From Owenia fusiformis (lineage: Eukaryota), in NCBI GenBank assembly GCA_903813345.2, contig CAIIXF020000001.1, forward strand, positions 49,166,001 to 49,230,000: 64,000 bases of DNA, in the 5' to 3' direction. The notes beneath the pieces are model-generated. The model saw only the letters and a program-made list of their open reading frames with translations. It was not told the origin of the DNA and searched no databases. Positions 38,664 through 51,200 of this stretch are shown here, one piece after another. Position 1 is the stretch's first letter. Every line of letters starts with the position of its first letter. The translations under genes were made by a program, and so were the position numbers.

Positions 38664-38734
38664 GAAGTGCCATTCGGACCCAAACTCCCGTGCAATGATA
38701 TATCACTGCGGCGGGCAGGTGTCTCGTGTAAGCA

Positions 38735-38855
38735 TGGTAACGTCATAATAAACAAATGACGTGATTGGTTCTAGCATGGAGGTCGCTTGATTGTAAAATT
38801 TAGACAATTTCATTGGTTGAATTGCGCGTATTAACTAATAAACAACACATGCGGT
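38735..38855 (+). promoter_or_regulatory. Candidate STK11IP promoter / 5' non-coding exon
   Basis: CRE-like AACGTCA and TGACGTGA, two reverse CCAAT boxes (ATTGG), a possible donor at ~38853 and an acceptor tttcag at ~39185 ahead of the ATG. Confidence 0.4.
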
Positions 38856-39257
38856 AAACTATTATCAACACAACTTTTACTCAGAATTCCTTCCACAGTG
38901 ATTTCTTCTCATATTTCAGTAATTTTGAGATATTTTGACAAAATAATGATTGGGGAACATTCATGAATACATGTTTTATAAGTTGTGTGAAAATTGACCA
39001 CATATACGATGAAAAGGGGAACTATTTTCACCAAATTTTGGGGATTTTCTTCATCTGCCTGCCGCAGTGTCTATACTGAGACTCTGCATGGGAGTTCGAT
39101 TCGGACCAGATGGCCAATGGAGCCTTCACCCAATCTTTCCAGTAAAGCCTGTATTATATTTACTATTAACCATTTTTCTTTTCAGAAATGTTACATACAA
39201 GAGTATGATCAATCATCTTGGTGAATGTCTCAGAGAAAATAATTGTGAATAAACAAT

Positions 39258-42200
39258 ATGAAAATGTCTGTTCTGAATAAAGACTGGGACATAATAAAGG
39301 GGTTAGCAACATTGCTGAGAGATAATGGTAAGTTTTTAGGTTATCTTTTTCATGTTTTTAATCTCATAAACTTAAGGACATAAAAACAATAGAAAGCCCC
39401 ATCTCATCCTTCTATGAGGACAAAATAATGTTCAAACATAGAATTTACATGACCAAGTTACATTATTTTTAAATACTGTCCTCAACCTTTCAGGAGACAA
39501 AATTTTGCATGGAGAGAGCAAGCTTTCACTGACCACTGTTTCTGTGATTATACTCAACAAGAGTTTCACAAAGATCTGCGATATTGATCAACACACATCA
39601 TTTGAAGTGTTGCCCCAACACAACACTAATGTGCCCCTCTACCATGATCTGCAGTTCCTCTATGACTTCATGCAGAAAACGCCATCATTGAAGGTAAACA
39701 TAGAATTACAGAATCTACAAATGGATGATATTGCAGAAATACAAAGAAAACAAGAATCGTTTTTCATAAGATCCCATTTTATGCTGTATTTTCACTGGTC
39801 TATTCACAAAACATCAACTGAGCAAAATAATACAATTCTGGCTATAATGTTAAGATGGCCAAATCATATAATTTGGTCACAAGTTTTAGGGTTCCAAAAT
39901 TATTTTTACATTCATTTAATGGTGGATTCATCCTCAATTTAGATTTGATTTGATAATATGATAATTCTTTCTTTCAGTTGATCCATGGTGCTTATACTAT
40001 CCAAGGTAAGGTAGATGTTACCCCATTCAGGTCTCTACATGCACTGGAGATCAAGAAGTCACCCATTCACCTGATAGTTGGTCTTCAGAAACTGAGACAA
40101 ACATTGAAAGAGGTTGCATGCTCAAGATGTCTTCACAACCTACAGGTATGGTGGAAATTCATTGTATTATAGATAGCTATTTACCGTTTGCAGTCATTTC
40201 GATTTCGCTTCTTAAAAGAAAGCTTCGTCTTCAGATGTAGTTTGTAACCAGAATACTAGTCTGAGCACAGGGTAATAACAATCATATTTGTTGTAAATTA
40301 TTCAGTTGTAAGTGTTCTGTAAATTATTGTAATACTGGCATGACCATTTTTGTGTGGTAATAATAATTAGGAATCAATTACCAATGGTGAATTTCAATAC
40401 TGTTGTGACATTTAATATGATGCTAGGTTTCACACTCTCTCTTGCATTTGAAATACTCGTTTTTCTTTAAGGAACTGTTTGAGAGTTGTGCGGGTGATAT
40501 GAGTTCTCCTATGACATGGCCAGAGTTGATGTCTGCCAGGCTAAGCTATAACAGTATCCACTCTCTTGATGGATCCCTAGTAAGTGTTCTTTAACATCCA
40601 AGTAACCCCTAGAGTTCTTAAGTGGAAGAGACTTAAAACACATTTATTTTTACTAGCCCCTCCCCCCAAATTGCCAAGAGATTGAAAAGGTCTATTGATT
40701 TGTACACTGAAATGTGTGATTAAATTTTGAATTGAGGTTTGAATTGAATTGAGATTAAATTTTGAATTGAGGTTTGAATTGAATTGAATTGAGATTAAAT
40801 TGAATTGAGGTTTATTTTATCCAATTTGATGAGATTCAAATTAATGAGAAAAAATAGATTATGAATATAATATTTTCCTTATATGTTTCAGCGTCTCCTG
40901 CCCTCTCTGAGAATGCTAGACCTCAGTCACAATAACATAATAACTGTGGAATCATACCTCCAGGTAAAGGGCCTTGTAGTTGACACTTTGAGTTAGTAAT
41001 CAAGCGGCAACTTAGAATTAAAGTGTCAGGAACCGAGATATCTGACCAAATGTGAAATGTTTTGAAGTTACAACAAACAGAAATCACCAAATTCTTAAGA
41101 ATTAGATATAGGGGATGTCCACTTTTTTAAAAGATCTTTGGCAGATAACATGTCTCTTCTTTGTTACACCTTTAAAAATAATATTATTAATTGTATTTCA
41201 GTATTTAACAGAGCTTGAGCACATTAACCTTGCCTTCAACAGCCTTGAGGTGATGCCAACATTAGCATTCAGTGCTAGGGCCAAGATGAAGTCAGTAGTG
41301 CTACGAAATAACAACCTCGACAACTTGGATGGTATGTGCAGATTAACATGTCATTCATGTGTAAATGACAATTGAAGATTTGTATTCATATGTACCCCTA
41401 GATTTAAAAATGTGTACATTTTGGAGAGAAATTTCATGTAAATTCAATGATCAGATAAAAAAGGACTGTTTTAGCGGTCATTAGTTTGGCATCCAGGGTT
41501 TAGATAAATCGTATTCCAAGCATTATTTTGCCAATAACAATACTTTTCGCTGTCAACGCTTTCTTGAGGATTAATTGAGTGAATATGAAGTGAATCTCAA
41601 CAGTAGTTAAAAATGAATTACACAGTATCCGAATATTTTTCAGTGTTAATAGTAGTTTTCTGTATATGTCTTAGACCTGCTTTGAATTGATTACAACATA
41701 CATGCCTCTATTTGTTTTAGGCCTGGATGAGTTGATCAACCTTACAGACTTAGATGTTGGGGATAACTGTATATCAGACTTCACCAATCTCTCTACTCTC
41801 GCTGGACTCTTCCATTTGCAACGTGTAAGCAAGTATTAACTTTTATTCTACTACTTTTATAAAATAATTTGTAATGCTCCATGTATTCTAGATTTTCATT
41901 TCATCATATTATGTTCATAACAATTTCAATTCTGTAGTTTTTTTTAAATGAGTATGATATTTGAGCATCAGTGCTGTTAATTATAATTACATGAGTCATA
42001 GAGGGACTTGGCCAGGGTTAACCCCACAGAGCCCTTGATGCTCATACTATGGTTACCTTCCATGCGGAATAGAACAGTTTGTACTGTATAGTAGCACTTA
42101 CCAATTGAATAAACACCAAATTTGCCAATATCTTTTGTGCTAAGTACCATCTACAGGTACCATTTACCATGCAAGTGGAGTTTGCCTCTGCTGGAGCACC

Positions 42201-45200
42201 TTCCTAATACAGTTTGAGCATGAGCAAAGACATATTACTCAGCCCCCAAAATCCAAAGTAGAGACTACTGATGATGTATCTCAATGCCAGTTTTGATGAG
42301 CACTTTATGTTCAGTTATCTTTGAAATTCAATTTTTTTTAACTCCATGCAATTTTTCTTACTTTCAGCTTTATCTTGAACTCCATGCAATTTTGTTTACT
42401 TTCAGCTTTATCTTGAGGGGAATCCATTGTCTTACCACAACCAGTACAGAGTATTCACTTTGCACGCACTAGCTCCATGTGTACAACAACAGGTACATTT
42501 TAGGAATCTTTAATTCTATTAGTGATCAAAGAAAATGTTGAAGCTATTCAAATAATGTCTTGTCTGATTAAGTAAATGTGTGTTCCAGACAATTTGTGTG
42601 TCTGATAAACAGTCATTATGTACAAATTACAACATTTAATATGCATTCTAGATTATAAACCCTTGACTTTAAATATATTTGCTGAATTTTTCATCAATTT
42701 ATACTGTTCTTTAGGTTCACCTAGATGGCAAGATTGCTCAGACTAATGAAATAACAGTAAGTGGCAGATTTCAATTTTTGTCACTAAACTTTCTTCATGA
42801 TACCCAGCCACAATACATAAGCAATACATACTCGGATAAGTTATGAAATCACAAGGATCCAGTTGGTAAAATGGCAACTTTTATAATGAAGCTGTGTTTG
42901 TTATGAACTTAAAATCTAGTTCAGCAAACTTTACTATCATGTCATTTGAAAAGGACATTCATGTCAGTTACAAAAGAATGCCGACCATTGCAACTCTCGA
43001 AAAATGACATAATGCTCCATTTTTTTACTGCACGTGAAATCCCCTGAGATTTGGAACTTTTTGTTATTACTTCAATGGGCGTTGATTGTTGAATTGGCCT
43101 TTTGGAATAAGATTTTCTGTCCCTGATTCAAAGTATGCATTGGTTTTGAAGATTTGATTCGAATTATTTCACTTGTTATATTTATTTGATACACTTTTCC
43201 ATTTCAGGTCCTCTCTAAAATGCCACCTATACCTGGTCAACGGAGACCTCCTAGAATGTCTTCTTCATCCAACATGGCTGCCTCCAATGGGCATCAATAT
43301 GAGGGGCTCTCTAGGGGATTTGAGGACAGCCTTGACTCCACAACTGCAAAGTCAGATGATGCAGAATCCCAGCTTGCAACAGGGATAAAGCCTAAGGGTA
43401 AACGTAGCAAGAAATTAAGATCTGGTCGCAGAGGTTCACTCAAACCCAGGAAGGCTCCTATCTCTGATGCTGACACTGGTATTGAAACATCTTCCCCTGG
43501 CAGTTCTTTGGGTAAGATACTTCTTGGTTTTGTTAAACAGTAATTGTAAATTTTAATTCCTCATTAAAAAGCATCAAAGTATGTTGGTTTCAAATTTTTA
43601 TTATAATTTTTGTCACCCTGATCTTCTTCGATATTTTCTGAGAATAAAAACTATTTTCAATTCCGCATAAATAAAACTTTATTTAAAATATTGGTCCAAA
43701 TATCAGATGTACTCTCAGTTTCAATAATGAAAACACAAGAGGGGTCTTCACTATCAAAGAAGAAACAGTCTGTAATTGATAACAGATTTTTTGTTTGCAT
43801 CTTGATAACCAAAACAAGTCACCAAATTGTACTACCCTTGCTACAAAGAATACCAAAATGTAAGCCTACCACAATATCGCTCGTTTGTGTTTCAGCCACA
43901 TCACCTGTATCCTCTTCGAGCATGGAGCACAAGAAGATCAGAGAAGAGGTAGAGACAATAAGGATGCAGCTTGGACCCAACTGGCTACAGCAGATCACTG
44001 CAAAGACTGAAATCACAGCACAGAGAGAGATCACCTCTCAGCAAGACACAGTTAACACTGAACAGTCAGCAACATTTAGAATAGGGACATACCCTGAAAC
44101 TGAAGATGATATTTATTTGAATGAGAACCCTACAGGTGAACTAACCAGTTTCTATGTTCTATATAGGACACATGCCACTTGATAATTGATCATAAAGTAA
44201 ATACTTGTAAATGTAGTTTTACACTTTAATATAAGTGAGTTCCATGTTGTGATATTGGAGAGAGGATTATAGGTGAGAGAGAGGATGATATTAACAAATA
44301 AAATAAACAATTACAATAACACCAAATTCTGAATGCTGATAGCTTTTTATATGAACCCAATAATGTAGATGTCATTCCAGGACAAAATCTGGGCCGCTTA
44401 GCCACCCAATCTGAAGCTCATGATCCTGTGTCCAATGATAGGGTAGATGGTGAAGCTGAAGCTATAGGTAGTAAAGATGTGCTTGAGACAGTTGAGGACA
44501 ACAATGTTGTATGGGGTAGAGGAACAAGTGTCCAGCCTGAAGAATTTGGTAATAAAATCTTGAATACTTAAGCCTGATTAGCTGGAACTGATTTGAGGAA
44601 ACAAAAATAAGTTAATGTTAAACATATAAGATGTTGTTGATAATACATGTGTCTGTTAAATATAATGTTAATTCTTGCTTGAGAGGGCTTTGGGAAACAT
44701 AGTCATATGTATTGTAGTATGCAATTGTAATATATAATTGTATGCACATAATTGGTTCTATTCAGGTCCTGAGAGTGAACCCTTCATTGTTAGCCTACAA
44801 GAGGATCCCTCCACACACATGATGCTCACCCTGGGGGTGCGCTACTTATGGGAGAAGAACCTAGATGGTGATGTCATAGAACAATTAGACCTGAAATCAC
44901 TACTAGAGACCAATGAGTCCCATTTTGAACCTGATAACAGGCCAATTATCACCATGAACTTTGATTATGTCAAGAAAGATCGCAAAGTGAGGAAATACAT
45001 CATGGAAGATGATTCTGCATTGAAGGTAGGTAAAATCACTCTCACCTTTACAATTTCCAAGCAAGACACAAAATAGTTTCTTTAAATTTTAATTGGCCAT
45101 TCCTTTCCTTTCTCATATCACACTGAATTGACAATTTATTGTTGTTCAAAGATGAAAGCAGAATATGTTATTTATGATCAAAAATATATATGTATGAATA

Positions 45201-48200
45201 TGTGTTTGAGTTGCACATTCCTGTTTTTCTGCATAAAAAAGGATAATTGTAATTTTCGCTAGAAGAATGTAAATTCTGAATTGTATTCAGCTGGTATAGT
45301 TTGTGATGTATTTGAGATTCTGTTTCAGTTGTTTACAGACATGTTACAGCCATTCTTGCAGGCAAGAGAGGCAAGCAACCAACTAAAGGACATGTTACAG
45401 GTGAGGCAAAATTCACTGTGCTGTTTAGTTAAAGTTAGTAGAGTTAAGTCTGTGTAAGTAGGACACACCTGGGACTTTAGAAAGTGTTTCACTTACAGTT
45501 AAAGGTTTATTTGTTTCACATTGAGTTAGTCCATCACAGAAAAATGTTCCACTCAGGGAAGTGGTTCATAAACATAAGTATCAACATGTGTGTCATATGC
45601 CATTAATTGATAAAAATTCAGTTTTATTTGAATAAAAAAGAAAGAGATTCAATGATTTATGGCATGCTCAAGATTGTGATCATGGATTTTTTCTCTTTAG
45701 TTCATTGCTATATATTCCAGTGTCTAAAATGTTCCACTGAGTTCCATGCCTCTGGGGCATCTAGGAGGGTCAAGAGGGCTTCTGAAACAGTTCCCACTGA
45801 TCTGGATAAGTATGAGCGACGCAAATTACTGCAAAGTAAGTGTGCATGATATTTTGAATTATTATTATTCATTCCAAATAGTCAAATACCCATTTTCATT
45901 ATAACAACACTACTGATTAGCATGGTGTTCCATGATCCTATTTGTTGTACAATTTCTTTACATTCTTTTCTCCTATATTTAATAAGGTTGTCTCAATGAG
46001 ATTCTTGTATGCCCATCATGTGGCAGTGAGCATATTGTGGAACTTGATCCTATACACCTGGCCAAAGCCCAACATTCTGCTACAAATACTCCTGTGGGGT
46101 CTTTAACACAAGGAGACCCCTTAGCAACATCATCAAAAACTAACTCACCTTGGAAACCAAAGAAAACGGATACGGCTGATACTGAGAGGTACTGTTTACT
46201 GAATATTATAATTGCAGGTGCTTTGTTGTATTTGAATTGACAAACAATTGAGGAATCATATTTGGGATTTGTCCAAAGGGACAATATGATATTGATTAAT
46301 GGAGTTAATTGCATCATTGGGTCCATGTTATATTTAAACATTTGCTTCCTTGTCTCATGATAATTTGCATAATTTATTCCATAAATGATGCCCTGGGGCC
46401 CATTTTAATGAATGATATATGATACATTTTTCAGTGGATGTGATCCAATACAATTTATTGCCAATCTATACAATTTGATTATTTTTCCAGTGTTGATGCA
46501 TTGTCCTACCAATCGTGTAATAGCAATACAAACACTCCAAACACCAGCCCTGTGAAGTCCTCACGCTCACATTCTGTGGATATAACCAGTTCAAGAACTT
46601 TAATCCAGTCAAGTGCCAGGAGTCTGTTTGATACTGATGTGTATCATACACCCAGAGAAGACTCTCTTAATGATAAAGCTCAATTAAAACAACCTAGAAG
46701 TGCCATAAACAACAACATTACAGAGGATGACCACATTGATGTGCTTTGTAATCCTGAATCGAGTGATATTAATATTGAAAACCGTAATCAAGGGTCTAAA
46801 GTGCAATTTAAGAATAGTGACACTTTAAGTGATCACACAGACTCGGGTCAAAGGTCACAGAATCACCGGCGCAGGTTAGATTCTGGTGGCAGTGACATCA
46901 CTGTTATAAGCAATCCAAGTCAGAGTAGTATTGCTGTAATTAACTCTAGTCATGAGCTCCCTGTTGAACAGAGGTTGAACAATCCAATGTCATCCAGTAA
47001 GTCTGTAACTGATGAACTCAATGTTTCAGCTGGAACTGTCATGGTGCCACAAATTGGAAAATGTGTCAGTTCTGACCATCTCACCTCTGTAAGCCCCAGT
47101 GGATCACTCAGCAGTACTACTTGTACCAGTATGGTGGCCAGTATGTATGAGAATACAAGCATGATAGCAAGCAGCAATGACAACACTAATGACACACAGG
47201 ATAGCAGTCAATCTAAAGAACAAGAGCCAACTGAAGAAAATCAAAAGCATAAACCATTAGACACTCTAAGTGATACTAGTTTTAAAAGTATAGAAAGTAG
47301 TGTAGAAGGTGTGGATATTGATGTTGTACAGTTATCTGATGATGCTACAGAGGTGCTATCAGGACTTCCAGGTGAAGGAGAGGGTGATCTTGATATTGAT
47401 CCCAGGCCTGAAAGTGACCAGGGGGTTGGTACTGTTGAGCTAGTCAAACAAGCCAGTGGAGACTTCAGTCAGGTGGACCACAGACTGAAGCTCTATCTTA
47501 TGATGTCACTTTTCAATGATGAAGAGGACTGTGAACTTGTATTGAAGGTATTTCAAAATAGTTGTACACACATTTTTACTTTGATGAATGTGTATCCCAG
47601 ATATCAGGCTCATAGCCAGGGAGGCCAAAAGTTCTTTCAAAATCATGCAGTTTTTCACCATTCTGAGCACTTTTCATGGTTCAAAGTTATTAAAAGTGAA
47701 CCCCCTGGAAATTTTAAAACATTGAACCCCCTTGGCAAATCCTGGCTATGGGCGTGGATATGATAATTAATTGTACAGTACAATGATCTTGCAGCTGTGA
47801 GAGAATGATTGTTTTTTTTAGAAAAATCAATGTAAAAATTTAAGATTCTTCACCTTTTATTAATAGGTAGTGAGGTAGCACCGAAAAATGTACCCGCTTC
47901 TGAACAAATTGAAATTACTTGTTTCTTATGTATTTTTATGTGATACTTCAGAAAATTTTTGTCTGACGCGCCATATCCGGGGCGAAAGTTGTCAAAATTG
48001 GGTTTTTGACCCTAAAAAGGAAAATTACAGGGGGTACATTAACATCATTGAATAATTCATTCAGTTAGTCTTCAATCATCATAATGATTTTATTGAGAGT
48101 TGATGAGATCATTTTAAGGTAGTATGCGAACTTTCAATGGTCTGTCACTCGTGGTTGCCATGGAAACCACAATTTTTGCTGAGAAAATCCTTAATTTTGG

Positions 48201-51200
48201 TAAAACCTGTACCTGTACATAATATAGAATGTGGATTATTTTTCAAATCAATAGATATCAGAACATTTTAGCACTCTAAAAATCACCAGGGCTGTCCAAA
48301 CATTTGTTTAAAGAGAAAGAATATTGCAATTTATATGACGGGTAAGTGTCAAAGACCATACAATTACATAAGTGGTTAAAAGTTAAAAGTCAAAATCATC
48401 TACGTGTTCTCAGAAATTCAAATCTGACTTAAGATTTGACATTTGACCTTCAATGACCTTCTCAAGGTCAAAAAAGGTCAAAAAGGTCTGTTTTCAACTT
48501 GCTTCAAATTGACTAAAAAATTTTTTCAAAATCATCTACGTGTTCTCAGAAATTCAAATCTGACTTTAGATTTGACTTAAGATTTGACATTTGACCTTCA
48601 ATGACCTTCTCAAAGTCAAAAAAGGTCAAAAAGGTCTTTTTTCAACTTGCTTCAAATTGACTAAATTTTTTTTTCAAAATCATCTACATGTTCTCAGAAA
48701 TTCAAATCTGACTTTAGATTTGACATTTGACCTTCAATGACCTTCTCAAGGTCAAAAAAGGTCAAAAAGGTCTGTTTTCAACTTGCTTCAAATTGACTAA
48801 ATTTTTTTTTCAAAATCATCTACGTGTTCTCAGAAATTCAAATCTGACTTAAGATTTGACTTAAGATTTGACATTTGACCTTCAATGACCTTCTCAAGGT
48901 CAAAAAAGGTCAAAAAGGTCTGTTTTCAACTTGCTTCAAATTGACTAATTTTTTTTTCAAAATCATCTTCATGTTCTCAGAAATTCAAATCTGACTTTAG
49001 ATTTGACATTTGACCTTTAATGACCTTCTCAAGGTCAAAAAAGGTCAAAAAGGTCTGTTTTCAACTTGCTTCAAATTGACTAAAAAAAAATTCAAAATCA
49101 TCTACGTGTTCTCAGAAATTCAAATCTGACTTTAGATTTGACTTTTGACCTTCAATGACCTTCTCAAAGTCAAAAAAGGTCAAAAAGGTCTTTTTTCAAC
49201 TTGCTTCAAATTGACTAATTTTTTTTTTCAAAATCATCTTCATGTTCTCAGAAATTCAAATCTGACTTTAGATTTGACATTTGACCTTTAATGACCTTCT
49301 CAAAGTCAAAAAAGGTCAAAAAGGTCTTTTTTCAACTTGCTTCAAATTGACTAATTTTTTTTTTCAAAATCATCTACATGTTCTCAGAAATTCAAATCTG
49401 ACTTTAGATTTGACATTTGACCTTTAATGACCTTCTCAAGGTCAAAAAAGGTCAAAAAGGTCTGTTTTCAACTTGCTTCAAATTGACTAAAAAAAATTTC
49501 AAAATCATCTACGTGTTCTCAGAAATTCAAATCTGACTTTAGATTTGACTTAAGATTTGACAATTGACCTTCAATGACCTTCTCAAAGTCAAAAAAGGTC
49601 AGAAAGGTCTTTTTTCAACTTGCTTCAAATTGACTAAATTTTTTTTTCAAAATCATCTACATGTTCTCAGAAATTCAAATCTGACTTTAGATTTGACATT
49701 TGACCTTCAATGACCTTCTCAATGTCAAAAAAGGTCAAAAAGGTATTTTTTCATCTTGCTTCAAATTGACTAAATTTTTTTTCTAAATCATCTACATGTT
49801 CTCAGAAATTCAAATATGACTTTAGATTTGACATTTGACCTTCAATGACCTTCTCAAGGTCAAAAAAGGTCAAAAAAGGTCAAAAAGGTCTTTTTTCAAC
49901 TTGCTTCAAATTGACTAATTTTTTTTTTCAAAATCATCTACATGTTCTCAGAAATTCAAATCTGACTTTAGATTTGACATTTCACCTTTAATGACCTTCT
50001 CAAGGTCAAAAAGGTCAAAAAGATCTGTTTTCAACTTGCTTCAAATTGACCAAATTTTTTTTTCAAAATCATCTACATCTTTTCAGAAGTTCTAATTTGA
50101 CTTTACAAGTTCTCAGAAATTCAAATCTGACTTAAGTTTGAACTCATAATATTGTGAGCAACTAGGTGGTGACATTTTGTCATGTTAATGCCTTGTATTG
50201 AATTTCTTTGGTTATACTTAATATCAAGCAATTTTACATCTAAGTGTTATAGTTATTGCATGGGGATACAGGGGGGAGGGGGGTAGTAACAGAATTGGGA
50301 GGGGGCAGAGCTTATCAGCCTTAAGTGTAAATCTCATCTATATGGTTCTAGTTTTCATAGGGTACAGCTTCTGGGTCTTATTATATTCATCTCAATATAT
50401 AAGATATAAGAATTTACATGGTTGGTAAGTGTCAAAGACCATAGAATTACACATGTGATCAAAAGTGGGCGTTGCCCTAATCATAGTATATGGTTCATTC
50501 TCTATAAATACAGAGTTTGACTTGACTTTTGAAGTACATTTACTTAAAAACATCTTTGATTTATACTTAATGTCAAGCATTTCTGGTAAGTTATATATGT
50601 ACATCTAATTGTAATAGTTATTGTCTGGGGGTGGAGGAGGGGGGGGGGTGAGAGTAACAGAATTGGAAATGGGCAGAGCTAATAAGCCTTAAATGTAAAT
50701 CTCATTTATTTAGTTCTGGATTTCAAGGGGTGCATCTTCTGGGTCTTCTTCACATTCATCTTAATATATGGGATGTTCCAATTTACATGATTGGTAAGTG
50801 TCAAAGACCATACAATTACATAAGTGATCAAAAGTGGGTGTTGCTCTAACAATAGTAGATAATTCATTCTCTATGAATATGGAGCTTGACCTTAAGATTT
50901 ATTTTTTAAATTAAAACTTCTTTGATTACATTTAGTATTGTAATAGTTATTCCCTGTGGGGGGGGGGGCAAGGGGGGTAGTAGCAGAAATGGGAGGGGGC
51001 AGAGCCAATGGCCAGTCAGTCTTAAGTATTAATATCATAGTCTGATCATTTTCATTCACCTCCCGATGTTAATATATTAACAATATCATGTGGGAGAAAA
51101 TACCACTACACTTGCAGATTTGAGAGTCATTCAGTTGAGTGTATCAATATGGCGCTCCACCTTTGCCTTTTAAAAAGGTGCTATTGCTATTGCCCCTTCT

